DNA of 64,000 nt, from assembly GCF_964355755.1 (NCBI RefSeq), contig NC_092672.1, forward strand, positions 28,154,437-28,218,436, given 5' to 3'. Both the position numbers and the translations under genes were made by a program. The notes under the pieces were generated by a model that saw nothing but the letters and a program-made list of their open reading frames with translations, ran no database searches and was not told the origin of the DNA. Below, piece after piece: positions 12,502 to 26,355 of this stretch. Numbering within the stretch: position 1 is the first letter of the stretch; each line of letters begins with the position of its first letter. Source of the DNA: Antedon mediterranea. Taxonomy: Eukaryota > Animalia > Echinodermata.

Positions 12502-14619
12502 TTAAGACAATTGAGCTGGTTCTCATCCGAGTAATATTGCCACGCGACTCTAAGTGCGAACGAATGATCAATATTAATATTGTTCGTGATTTGTTTTTAC
12601 ATGTTTGTAAATAAAATCATATTGAAAATGTGTGAAGGTCGTCGCATGGGACGATCACAAGATAAAATCAATGTTTGATCATATAGCTGCATGGTTTGAT
12701 TGATTGAACTTTCGTCCTGTGAGTGATAGATTTGATGTTAAAAGAAAGTATATTCCTTTGATGAACCGATATCACGAACCAAATCAAAACAATAACACAC
12801 TACGCCTTTTGTAAATCGTGTATTTCTGCTTTGTATTTGGTAACTGTATTTTGATTAACTCTAGGGCATCTATACGCATACGATGCCATCCAACCAAGCA
12901 CATAATACGTTTTACTTTGTTCCTTTTTTTCTCGTTCGTTCTTGGCCTCTTGTGTCGATGAAAAAACCTAAAATTATAATTATCAAAAACCACAAGTTAA
13001 TCTCGAGGTGAGATCTCGTTTCAATTTTTATAATAAAAGTCTTATTGGAGTGGATTAGCCTTTTCTGAAGCTTTCCTTGGGGCGCGTTTCGTTCTCAGAC
13101 CAATTTTTAAAATAATATACGCATTTGTTGTTCCATTCGTATATTTTTAAAAATATAACGAACTAATTGTGCGTTATAATAATGTTTGTTTATTTCATTA
13201 CCATCAATTTCTAGACCAGGTGTTGTCGTTGTGCAATCAGATCAACATACAATTAATAATTGACAATTGATAAATTGATTGGAGAAAGACGTTCAACGTT
13301 TCGTCGACGTGATGACGAATAATATCTCAGATGTAGATTATGATGACCTCGCAGGACAAAAATAAATTGTGAATGGGAGCGACAAAAAACAACACGTATA
13401 GCCGTAGGCCACGGATGAATGATATGTTTAGGTTCTTCATGAGAAGGTCTTGATTATGAACAAAAAGTCCACATTATAGTTCGGTTAAAATATTGTAGTT
13501 CTACAATATTCGTAAGTAGGTCTCAGGAAAAAAAACTATTTTATACAATTTAAAATGTGTATTCTTCTTTTACAAAAAAATGCTTTTCCATTATCAATCA
13601 ACTAAACACTTTGTTGGTTGTTGTAGGCCTAATGGGGAAAACATTCAATCATTATGGTGAGAAGTGAGTACGTTTTAATTTGGTTGATGTGGTTCTTGTT
13701 TCCCGGCTGTAATTAAAATTCGTTTGAACGTATTCAAAGATGGAGAGAAGAAATAACAAGACAAAATACGGTACAGTACAATGTCGAAATTAAAGGAATA
13801 GGTCCCCACTTTAAAATGTACGTTAACTGTTATTTCGATTATAGTTTTAACGGTATGATATCATTACATTAAATACATTTTAAAATTGTTTGTCCCAACC
13901 TACCCTCCCCAACTTTATCTCTGCCTGCCAATGAAGCTGCGCTCGATACAAAATACGTTCAGAAATTGCTGTGTGCACGAACCATCTGTGTACCGCCCGC
14001 TTGGTCTGTTCACTATATTTAATTGTGTGTGACATGGCATGCGATTATTGAAAGCGGAAATACTTAATTAAAATTTCAGATTATTACAAAGTGGTGATCA
14101 CCTATTTTTTACCACACTGCATACTTTAGTTATCTGGAACTTGTTATAATGGTCGTTGGCACGGGGTTTCCTATTTGTTATACATAATACATATTTTTAA
14201 TAATAATTCCGCATCTCGTACGTTTTATATTCATAAACTCATATTTTAATAATGAAACGTCTAATATCAAAGGTACCTTAGATTCTCGTGTTATCAATTG
14301 TGTTTGCACCGACAATTAGGCCTAAGTCTATTTTTTATGATAATTATTGAAGAAAGTTAAGTCGCTTTCTAAAAATAATCTATTGATCACGGTATTTGTG
14401 ACAGTGTGAAATTGTTATTATGTAATATTGATTTTATATATATGTTTATAGTTTACATTGATTTGTATAAGACTGCTTCTACTTCTAGAGGTTTTATTAA
14501 ATAAACGAAATAAAACTCACAGAACTGCATTTTCAGGGAGTGTACTGGAGAGAGAAGTTAGAATAGTATTACCGATTTAGATTGGGGGAGGCTGTGTGGG
14601 CGAAGCGAAGCAAAGTTCG

Positions 14620-16000
14620 ATTTCCCCGTTGGGAAAGATTTACGATATCATTATTATGTGAGAAAGTGGCCTAAATCATGATTGTAATTGCTTTGAAGGT
14701 TGTCGACACTATAAACTGCTGTTTTCACGGCAGTTTACAAACATCGTTTAACTGGAACGTGCCTCTCGCGTTCGTGCGCGTGAACCACCCGTCGTGACGC
14801 GTCGGGCCAAGTTCCCGCTTCCTTTCCTTCGTTGAGCAAACCCTGGCGCTATTTTTAAAAGGTGAGGTGGGATGGGGATATTTTTTAACAGCTGAACCAT
14901 GTCACGAATTTGCCGATTATGCATATGAGAGCTCAAGTCCTGTATATAGAGAAAGGACACGTCAAAGAAGTTTTTTTCGGACTGGGTGGATTTGTAGAAT
15001 TCGCACCGCAACTGTTTCCATGAAATTACTCATGCAGCCCCTTTGTGGTTATCGTGGTCGCCTGACGTGCATTTTTACACACGCGTGATGTGTAACCGGT
15101 GACCGGAAGCTTTACTGGTTCAGAGTTTATATTTGTGGTGTAAGCCTAAATCTCGTAATTTACCGTATACGTGCGAGCGTTTACGACATGTTAGAATTAT
15201 ATACTTCCATGCATTAATATGTTTTGATTTGGTACAATACTAAATTGAATCTCATACAAGACGTCTTCGTCGCTGGAGGAGGGGTCTGAGCTGCCCAAAA
15301 TGTTCAACAACCAAACATACAAATAATTAAAGCAATAATTAACGATCTTCGTGTGTGACGCAATGTTACCGTAGTAACTTATAAAATATAATTCTCTTGA
15401 AAATGTCGTACTGTATTATTTGATAATTGTGTATCTATTGGTGTAATCGTATACCAAGAAATGTTATGACATGGTTGTTGTCTGGTTTGGGAGAAGTGCC
15501 CATTTTTAGGAGGACGATGGCCTGGGATGGCCTTCTTCGGTGCTGATAAACACGTTTCCTTATTCACTTTCACCACTAATGAGGTATCGTTCCTAAATCC
15601 TATCCTACCCCGGGGCTTCACTCGATTCTGTTGTTAGTGCTAAACGCAATTATCGACTGCTACTCAAGTCGTTAGCCCAGGGCACATTCCCACGCCGGCA
15701 AAACGGTTATATACGCCGGGCCGACGATCCTCAACGTCGGGTACTCAAAACCCACCCGAGCAGAAGCAACACTATCCGGAAATTCAAGTAACAAATCAAG
15801 AGTTTTTTAGTACATTTGTAATGAAAATCCCAAGTAGAGGAATTGATTGAAACTGCCTTCGGCAATGCAATAGTTTACTTGACATTATTTGTGTCAAGTA
15901 AGATTCGACCTCGTGGGAATGTAACGTGGAAATAAACTAGCGGAGACGTGAAGGAATTATAATGGATCATTTTAATGACGTTCGGATTGATGTAGATAAT
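14620..16000. promoter_or_regulatory. CpG-rich candidate cis-regulatory module with Su(H)/RBPJ sites
   Basis: Sites are TGTGAGAA at 14657, TTCCCACG at 15687, CGTGGGAA at 15912 and CACGCG at about 15080. CpG density is locally high and the sequence is not obviously repetitive. Confidence 0.45.
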
Positions 16001-19000
16001 TGTATTCCGAAAATAACTAGGTTGTTGTTGTGTGTACATGTCGGTGATAGTACGACCACTAACTAACTAGTTTAATGTGAAATCAATTTAGCGAATGTAT
16101 CAAGAACGGTTTTGAGTAGTTTACATGCTAAACGTGATCATTTCTTGATCATTTGTTTATTTTTCTCATCATCGTTTATGTGCTATTCCGTATAATCATC
16201 AACCACGCCATTAAGTTTGATTCCCATTTGAATATTCACCATGACGATGGATGGATCATCCCAACTGTCGCTTATACCTGCCTACAAGTGTGAAACAACA
16301 TTATCTTTACTATCTATCGTCGCTGACGTTGTACGTTCTCTTCTCGGTGTGCCAACATACAAGTACGGTTTTACTAATGTAACAGGATGCTGAGGTCCGG
16401 AGATCTAAGGGTTTATCTGTGGCCGCGACACCATCAATTCCACGCGCCTTAATAACAGACACCGCACTCCGCGGAGAACATGTAGGCTAGTGCAGTACTG
16501 TTTGTATTTGTCGCAGCCAGATATAAGATTAAAGGACTGATACGAGTTCCTATCTTGGCAAGGTGAGCTCAGTGTCCTGTTGTTAGATTGCCTTGGTTTC
16601 ACACACCTATACATTGCCGATAAACTATATCGATGATACATATACCCAGAGAATCCAATCTTCCCTGATATACCGTAGCCCGCTTATGTCTTCCTTCTCC
16701 CCTTCCAAACCAGGAGGGTCGGATCGCTTCTCTGAACCGCATATCGCAACTTTCTTGCCTCGAATGTTTATTAGGTAATCGCAGCATTCTTCCTATAGTT
16801 GAAGTTGTATTGTCCTTTAAAAACATGTAGGCCTAGATTAATAAAATCATACTTTGAATATTAATCTATTTTGCAGTTTTAATATTCACTTTCGTAAGAA
16901 AAAAAAGAACAACAATTTTTCACTCATAAAACGACACAATAAATGGTTAAATTTAATAAGACAGACCGACAGACAATTTGACTATTTTTTGCTATAAATT
17001 ACAGTTTTTTCAGGTAGGCCTATATACATTTTGTTCGTTAAAATGGTCAGAGTGAATGAACTATTATGTAACATGGCATCTTAAAAACAATTTTCAGGCG
17101 TCTAATATGTTTAAGGTTAATATGGTGAGCGCGTGACATAAAAGGCGCAAATCTGAAAGCCTGATGGATAGTTCGTTTATCTGTAGAATAAACCTCAAAA
17201 TCCTTTAAAAAGAAATAATACATAAAATATAAAAGGGTAATGGGGGCGAAATTTTGAAAAATCCTGACGGAAGCCCCAAAATGCCGAAACTATATACAAG
17301 CTACTGTAGGCACGCGAGTAACTTGACAGGTTGTCAAGCGTGAAAATATGCCGCGGGCGGAAAGCGTGCGACACCGTTGGGCTACCATCCCAGCAAGGTC
17401 GCAGTTACCTAGCCTACAGAGCACCCGATACAGAAATCAAACTCTAAATCTACCTATTTTTATTGTTATCGATACTTTCTTCTCCTTTGCCAATTATTGT
17501 GAACGTGGGAATGTACATGGTTCGTTTATTTCGTGGAGTTTTATGGTTAATTATAGAAAAAGCCACCGTGCTCCAGAGCAAAATTCTTCCCATTTTTACA
17601 ACAAGTATTTTTATTGCTATTTGGTCGGTGTTTTTATTATACGCTTTTTGCTTGGTAACTGGCATGACTTCAAAGCCGGTGATCACTGGGATCTAAAGTA
17701 AGCCGACGTTTTTGCCTTGAAGAGATGACTTCCTTAATTTTCAAGCATTTAAATAATATTTTTGATTTTGGGCAGAGATCTACAAGCTCGTCTACTAATG
17801 GCAAACGTTTTTGTAAACTCGGAAAAACTTTTTTAAAGAAAAGTTTTCCAAAGTTGGAAAAACTGTAGAAACAAAAGTTTGCAAATGTCTGAACTAGCAA
17901 ACTTTTGTTTGAAATCTCAAGCAGTCTCCGAGTCAGCAAACAGAAATTTTGTAAAGTTTCAATTGCTGCAATCACAAATTTAGAACTTATTTAGGGCCTA
18001 AAGTTACCAAATATATTTCACGACTTCCCTATATTACAGTGTAGGTCATGGAGATAAGATAAATACCTTCATGCAGGCCTATAATTCCTTCTACAATTCG
18101 TAATATCCGAGTAGCACCAATGTTCATTATTTAAAATAGTCCTGCTTCCTTCCATAATTCTATATCTTTTTAATTTTTAAGGGATGTTATTTACTTTAAT
18201 TCTTCATTTTACCACGGTACCAGTGCTTATAACCCCAATATTAAATCTCAGGTTCTTGTCCAGTAGGGTGGCGATATGAGTCGCTGTAGGTCTACACAAT
18301 GTTGAAAATGAAATTGGCAACAACATTAATTTACTTTAATGCATCATAAAAAAATAACATGTTTTGGCTACATTCGCCGAGAAAAATGTGTTCTCTAGGG
18401 CCTAGTTTTTTATAATGTCTTCGAAATACGTTTTGGCGCCGCAAGCCTAATGTTTCAAGAGAGGTTCTAGGCTTTAGGCTGAAATCGACCTTAAAGTATA
18501 CCGTACCGTATTAAGTCTGTGCCTGTTCGTTAGAGTAAAGTACGGTACTTTTTTTTTATTATCATAATGAATGTTCCAAATCTTTGAAAATAAGGTTGCG
18601 CTACAAAACAGACGGTATCCCTGCTAATGTTTCAAGACTCGCTTTGAGGCTGAAATCGGTCACGCTATTGCGCATGTGCTACTCTTCAGCACAGTACTAT
18701 GTTTTTTTTATAACACAAAAAAATGATAATGAATGTATCAATCTTTTGATTTTATAATGTTATCGCATCACGGGTTGTCTGTCACTAGACACCATCCAAA
18801 TAAAACCCGCTTTCCCGCGTATACGCACCTCTTGACCCGAAGCGGAAGATGCAGGCAACGCGTGGTTCGTTTTCCACTCACGGGAATGCGTAGCCCACGG
18901 GGTAAGAAGCGAAATTGTAACGTTTCCAAATTTGCACTAATTTGTCGAAATTTGAACAAATATAATTGCCATTCCATTGAAGATTATTATCAAGCAGATG

Positions 19001-20227
19001 TGGATTTGTTGTCAGTGAAAGAATTAAGATGATCCGAGTTTAGAGATGGTTGATGGTTTTACCTTTCAGATTGCTCTCATTGAATTAAAATTATCACTGA
19101 GTGATATAATTGATTGAAATGAAACTGGGAGGTGTTACGGGTCATATACCAGGCGGACGACAACCTTAAGGGTGTTCAAACGAATGATACGGGCTACAAA
19201 TAACCAAATGTAGGCTATCTGATATTACAATGAGGTGATAGTCCTATGCCTGCTCCTAATAATGCCCGCTGTATTGTCATGTATTGTTGTGCCTGAAAAT
19301 TGAATAAAATAAATAAAATAAAAAAAATAAAAAATATGGCACGCTATAATAACGAATGAAATTCTGATCATCTAAGATGACATCACGAAATCATCTTTAC
19401 CAAGTTTACCCCGGTCCGAATGAACGTCAAACTACAGTATAATCAATTTCAAAGACTGAAATCTTGGTCAACAAACTGAATCTGTAAAACAATTCATTAA
19501 TGAAACAAGGCCTTATATTGGATGCAGTCACGTGCGCAAATTTGAGTTTACCGACTATAGTGAGTTATAGAATAAAAAATATGAAAAAAAAAATAAAAAT
19601 ATGAACCCCGCCTTCTCGTTTAAACAAAAATATAATTAAGTATATTGTTTTCATTCCACAAATTCCGTTAATCTATTCAATTCTATTTTATTAAATTTCT
19701 GCCAATAAAAAAATAAGTACAAGTCTAGGAAAGAACAAACAGGTGTTATAGGCCTAAACTCTAGCCAACCTAAAAAAATAAAAATAAAAACATGTTTTTA
19801 CAATCTATACCAAAACATCTACAAGAAATTTATTAACTGCAGATTTTTAACTTTGTAACATTAAAAATAAGTAGGCCTATTGAAATAATTATAGTCGTTT
19901 ACTTTCAGAAGAACTTTAATTTATTACGAATTTCACCGAGCAATGTTGTTTTTCTCCAAATGCGAGTAGCACGAGTAAAAATGATGGGTATCAACACAAT
20001 AATTGTATAAATACGTTTTACATAAATGTTTTATGACTTTAATATTGGAGATCATTATTTTGAGTTAGCACAAATGTTTATTTGATTGAAAAGAACAGAC
20101 GTATTTTTATTTTGTATAATATTATATAATAATAAACTATAGGCCTACTGGAATATTAGGCCTATAATATTCTTTTATGATAATGTGCTTAATACACCCC
20201 TATGATTAGATATGTTAAGTTTCAAAA

Positions 20228-20295
20228 GAAGTATCTTAGCACTTTATTTTTTTATTCGAGAAGAGTAGGGGGATACCCCGGTAAACTGGTTCACA
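20228..20295 (+). mobile_element. Deu/Nin-domain-like SINE core fragment
   Basis: GCACTTT...TTCGAGAAGAGTAGGGGGATACCCCGGT resembles the recalled DeuSINE/Nin-SINE central domain (GCACTTTTCG.AAGAGTAGGGG...CCCCGGT). Confidence 0.5.
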
Positions 20296-22629
20296 AAATA
20301 TCCCCTGTATCAGGAGGATCACCACCAATCTGATAGGACAGTGATTAATTTACTATTGGTAATCCTTTGCCACATTGCCTAAAGACATAACAAATAATTG
20401 TAAAAGGTGACGATTGACGATGGAATTATTCCAGATAGCTGTAAGTGTAAAGGGAAGTCTACAAAGGATCTCCACCCGCTTTGGATCCTCCCCTCCCCAC
20501 CCCCTCTGAACCCACACCAGTTTATCGTGACATTTCTGTCTCACGGAACAATCCATCCTGTTTGATCCGGATACGAACGCTTATTAACAAATTCCTTTCG
20601 ATGAATTCATTTTCTTAGAAAATTGTCAATAGAACCTGAATATTTCTTGCTGTTTTCTCAATATGTTTTACATGAAATGTTGTATGACTCAATTTGATGA
20701 CGTCATCGCGTACCTTTACGTAATTCCAAAAATATGTTTTTCATTGATTATTATCAGATGGTTTAGATCTTGTTTAAGTAGGCCTACATTGTAATGTAGT
20801 CTTTGCATTCCCATGCTTTCACGAGATCGGCATGTGTAAACGTTCCAATATAGTTATAATATGGTTGCATTTTGGGTTTGGTTTCACACCAGTAGGAAAC
20901 GGCCGGAAGTTATAAACGGTTTTTTTTTGCAACAGGTCAGCGAAATTATGCCCTATGACTTTCAGCTTTTGTGATATAGGCCTACAATAGGCCTTATAAG
21001 TTGTTTAGAGGAAGTAGTAGGACGCTGTATCAAACGGAAGTTTAGTTTACTAAAGCTGAAAATGGGAATTTTAAAACTCGGACTGGGCATGCGCAAACAT
21101 CAAAACACGCCTGGGCGATGAGAGTCTATGATCCAAAAATCACCATTAATTAATGAAGAAAGAACAATAATTAAAACTGTCAAAGTGAAACAGTCAAGCG
21201 GCGTTTTTTGTAAGAAATATTTCTTCGATATTTCACTCAGCACCTTTGCAACAAGAACTGAAGAAGGTGACATTTTGAACATTAAAAAAATCTAGGTATA
21301 TTATGACTCAACATTTTATTTGCACACTATACAGGCTGTTTCATAAAGCTGATACAAATCAGTCTTCAAACTAAATAGTAAATCTTTTGTTGTCGACTTA
21401 ATATTGAACACAGATATGATTTGTTCGTTTGAAAGAATGCTTGATCCAAAAATAAAAATATTATATAAGTACAGTTCATTCATCCTTGTTCTTGTTTTGC
21501 ATTCTTCTTCATAATTCCGACGAAACATTTCTATTATATATCGCAATTTTATTTTTATAAATAAACAATAAACGGTATTTTTTCCGGGGATGTCGCTAGT
21601 TAGTAGTATACTGTATTACTAATACCATCGTTATTTATTAACGTCATTGAAAGCTATTGTGATTGTATTAAACTTTTCTGCTTAGCTTTAAGCTTTTGCG
21701 ACAATACAGTACTCCACAAAAACGTCGTCTCATCTATTCATCAAAAGAAATGACGAACCAGGGCGTTAACTTAACCGCATTATTATTAAGTATTTTCTTG
21801 AAGAATAGTACATTATTGATAACCAAGGCAATTACGTCTGACATGGGCCTAACTTCTTGTGTGACGGTGAAGTGAAGTCACAGCTATGCGAACCTGTCTG
21901 CTAGTAGCTACACCACGGTGTAACGCAAAGGCATATAATGCCTCTGGCTTAGGGTCCATAAGTGGCCCTCAAACGACGGCGGAGGCCTCTGGCGTCATAG
22001 TCTGGGTTCCAGACGGAGTTTTGACTTAGGCCTAATATTAGTAAATAGAAAAAATATTTTGGCACATATGGCGTTTTATAAGTATACTACTTGAGCTCAG
22101 ACAGTGAAGTATACATATGTCAACACTCCATGCTCACAGCCCTTCTTTTTTTTTTTAATATTGCCTGTTTTATCTTCTAAGCCCTGCAGAGGGATCCCGT
22201 AAGCTCCGGGGCCCCGAGTTCAGCCACCACCAGTGAGTCGTACGTCACTCTCTCATTTTGAACCAGAATAAATATCCGTGAGTACAGTAACAAAAATGAC
22301 TTAATTTTCTATTTAAAACAAATTAAGGGTTTTTTCAGTTTCAATTATGCACTCAATGAATGGATACTGTAGTATATGGACAAAAGAACATAGTATACAA
22401 TTGGGAGGCAAACAAAAGTTTACCAAAATGAGACAAAAAGCTTCAGACTCCAGACTGACTTGCCTATGGAAGGCAAACATCGCCTAACTTACAATCACAC
22501 CACAGCGTCCTAAAACAATATTTACGTAATTCTATCGAAATCAAACTTGGAAATAGCGAAATACTTGATTAAAAAAATAGTAAGCCTAACTATTAGAATT
22601 ATTGATAAAGCACATAGTCTGAAGCTTAA

Positions 22630-22948
22630 AGATGTATTGTCCCCCAAAAACATGAAAAATGAAGATTAATAAAATAAGACTTTGAATATGTTATTTTGTA
22701 GTTTTAATAAAGTTAATCACTTCCATAGTTAAAAAAAACACGAAAAAAATACAAAATAAATGGTTTAAATTCAACCAAAAATCCATTGGCTGGCAGCCAA
22801 TTTGATCATTTTTTGCTTTAAATTACATTTTTTCAGGTAAATGCATTTTTTTTTTTCGATCCAATTTTTGGTACTATTATGTTACATTAAATGGAATATT
22901 CAACAAAAAATGTTTTAAGAATTATTTTTTCAGGGGGACAATACATCT
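22630..22948. mobile_element. 319-bp MITE with TTAA TSD (Kolobok-like), family B
   Basis: TTAA-AGATGTATTGTCCCCC...GGGGGACAATACATCT-TTAA. Related copies lie at about 45555-45870, 39800-40060 and 2150-2315. Confidence 0.85.
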
Positions 22949-23084
22949 TTAAGCAAACCATTAACATATGAAAAAATGGATATAGTCCTATTATAACAGG
23001 TTATTATAATGATTACGTTTGCAAGTTTTGCATTATAGTTGCTATCTTTATGAGGTTTTTTTTTTCGTAGACTATTCTACGTCT

Positions 23085-23210
23085 TAAGCCGATTTTCCAC
23101 TAGGCGAATTTGTTCGCGCGAATCGAAAGCGCCATGTTTACATCTTCCAAATCCTTCTCTATATGCATGCGTATTAGTTGACGAACAAATTCGTCTTAGT
23201 GGAAAAATCA
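23085..23210. mobile_element. Short MITE (Harbinger-like)
   Basis: Imperfect TIRs GATTTTCCACTAGGCGAATTTGTTCG / CGAACAAATTCGTCTTAGTGGAAAAATC. Confidence 0.55.
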
Positions 23211-24966
23211 GACACAGTATATCTAGCCGTTTATTAGCTCCTGTTATGTCAATTAAGTACTGTAGTCAATGAAAACAAAATTATTTTACAATAATTCTTG
23301 TTCTTTTACCCAGAATTAAGTTAAATTTATTATAATTATTTAACATGATAAACGTATAAATATGGACAGGCTTCGCGTCGCGTGTGCCGTCATTAGTCCA
23401 TGGTCTCGTGTATTGACGCCTTCTTATCGCCATCACGACTCGCTAGCCAGATATTATAAACAAATCTTGACCTTGCCACTTCATTGGATACGTATTCATA
23501 TTTGAAAAGTTAAAATTATACAAATTAAACACACACAAAAATAGTTGCGGAAGCCACGTGGCCGCAGAATGAGACACGAGTCTCGAAGGCGCGTCGCTCC
23601 ACTAACCCACTGGGTTGTTATTTTAGCCAAATCATGGGAACTTTCTAAAAACATTATTATAACGAATTTAGTTGTTGATTAATTCTGAGGTTAATGCCAT
23701 AAGTCGAGACTAGGAAGTTTGTATGTGGCATTTAATTAGCCGCAAATGAACTTTAACAAATGGTTTTTATGAATTAAAATAACAACAAATTAGTATTAAT
23801 TACTGATTAACCTCAGCTTAATATAAATCAAAACATACCAGTTGTGTAAAATGTAATACAGATAATTTAAAATCTGTAATAAGAAATTTTATAATACTGC
23901 TTTTTTATTTAATTTCCATAGAATTAAAAAGTATAGCCTGTTGGCTAATGTACACCAATCTAGCGACGACTGTGTCAAATTATCTCTCAAATTGGACACG
24001 TTAGGGTTTAATACCGGTAATTTACCCGGGTAAATTGGTTTCTAGCCAACAAATTGTATAACGGACTCGCCCCTGAAAGTATCAAACAAGAGTGTTTGCA
24101 TAGGCGGCCTACATTGAAAAAAAAAACCTAGGCCTATTCTTAAATTGTTGTTAAACCCTTTCAGATCTTTATCTTAAGTTCTCTTTCGTAGTTCAAATAA
24201 TATATTGTTTTACGTTGTACAAGATTAGGTTACATTTCTATTCTAACAGTTGTATACTATAATGAAACAATAGTAAAACTGTGAGATTTCTTCTTTTTTT
24301 TCTTATCTCATCAGTAACGACTGGTGCTCTCTCTCTATCATAACTGTTTGTCTATTAAATGGTACTTTAGTATCTTTAGTATATTGTTTTAAAAATTGAA
24401 AAAATAAATATGTATTGATTGATTGTCAGGCTAAATCATTTATCCCCCTCCTAGTTTCATGAGCTGGTCATCGCTACATTCGTGGGACGGAACCAATCAA
24501 TCCGTGTAAATAATGAATGGTTCAAATTTAGCGATGTTAACTATAACCAACTTTACCCGGGTAAATTACCTGAACAGGTCCATTTGAAAAACGAAAAAGT
24601 AGGCCTACATTTTCGGAGATTATAACTAGCTTTTTAAATAGTTCATGTTGACTTTTATTTTTCATGAAGGAATTATAACAAGAACGCTTTTTAACAACAA
24701 CGAAAAGAAAATAATTATATTAAAAATAATCAGGCCTATTTTGCAACAAGCAATAAGCATATAACATTTTAACAATAAATCATAGGAAAATTACTGAAAA
24801 AATTACAATGCTGTGGGTATCAATGGCTGGATCTCAATAGTGATACAAAATAAAATAAGCACTGAAAAAATGACAATGCAGTGGGTAGGCATAAGTAGCT
24901 GGATCTCAATGGAGATACAAAATATAAAAGAAAGCAAAAAGCTAAAAACGATAAAGTAAAAACATT

Positions 24967-25017
24967 TAATTTGCAGAGCTTTTGGGTAACACTATAGCCC
25001 TTCATCAGTGCATATTA
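24967..25017 (-). ncRNA. Degenerate minimal hammerhead-like motif (GAAA core mutated to AAAA)
   Basis: The minus strand reads TAATATGCA-CTGATGA-A-GGG...CCC-AAAA-GC-TC-TGCAAATTA. Helix I pairs at 8 of 9 positions and helix III is the palindrome AGCT. Confidence 0.45.
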
Positions 25018-25504
25018 ATTTATATCTTTCCATTAGGTTTATTTGTACATAAATTGAATTGAACAATCATTTCTAACATTCATAACCATACGATACACAT
25101 TAAATCTTCTATTTTAGAAAAAAAAGAGTAACCGCTAAGCCAAATACTTTGATAATCAAATTGATACTCCACCAACTAACTTGGTATAAGTCGTTAATGT
25201 TGAGGATATAACAGAGCAATTCCGACGCCACGGTGTTGTCGCGGCTAATTAAATCTGCAAAATCAAGCGGAATTTTTATGCGAAAACCCACAATTAATGA
25301 ACTTATTAACGTAAATTTATATTGAATGATGAACAAAATTTGAAAGTGATACGTGTGATTAACGATTGAAAATATCTACGGTATAGAGAAGGATCATTGA
25401 CCGTACGGGCATTTAATAGTCGTTTTTATCATCATGTGAACAAATGGTATAATAAAAGTATGTGTTATACGTTTTACTAAAATTTAATTTTGTTCCGTTA
25501 ATAT

Positions 25505-25830
25505 GTTTTGGGTATTTTATATAGAAATCCTAAAATTATTTTGTCTTCTGGGTATTTTATATAGAAATCTTATAATTATTTGGTCTTTTGGGTATTTTAT
25601 ATAGAAATCTTATAATTTTTTTACTTTTGGGTATTTTAGGCCTATATAGAATTCTTATAATTATTTTGACTTTTTTTATATAGAAATGTTATAATTATTT
25701 TGACTTTTGGGTATTTTATAAAGAAATGTTATAATTATTTTTAATTGTTGGTATTTTATATCGAAATCTTATAAATATTTTTACTTTTGGGTATATATAT
25801 AGAAATCTTATAATTATTTTTACTTTGACT
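25505..25830. repeat. AT-rich minisatellite, about 40-bp unit, about 8 copies
   Basis: GGTATTTTATATAGAAATC recurs at 25511, 25551 and 25591, then in degenerate form. Confidence 0.9.
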
Positions 25831-26355
25831 GTGTATCTAATTATTAATGTTAAAAACATATTTATTAATAAAGTAAACAGAAATAAATTATTTTCCAAAC
25901 AAGTTGTTCATAGCTGTTGTTTATACAACCCTTTAAACTCGCATTGTTACCTGAGATCGATTAAAATCGAGTAAAATTATAATTATTCTGTGGTTTTTCC
26001 TACTTTATTGTTATTCGTTCTCGCTTTTTGTCCATTCTTTTGCGAAAGTTTTAAACAAGTGCTTTTATTTCAATTGTTACAATGGAGACTATAGAAATAA
26101 TTTTTTAAGCTTATAGATCGTTTAATACTTTACCATATGTATTGTGTTTACCTTTCTAATCTGATGTTAAAGATTGTTGATGGGATGAATTGTTTACGAT
26201 CTCTACACGCGTATAAAAAAACATATTTAATCCCACAGGTGCCGTCCACTTCACTTACGAACTTTATACCAATTTTACCCATAACAAAAAATAAGACATT
26301 TTGTATGACTCACACGCGCGCGCGATCCGTTCTTCATCTTCATGCGAACCTAAAA

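Noticed and set aside
17348-17975. Cluster of 77-117 aa ORFs, one hydrophobic
   Set aside because: They overlap on both strands, have no recognisable domain and no convincing splice structure, and several use non-ATG starts.
18047-18073. CATGGAG...CCTTCATG palindrome (similar one at 63749-63779) as further 7-bp-TSD footprints
   Set aside because: The termini fit the family but the flanks do not form a recognisable 7-bp duplication, so they were not counted.
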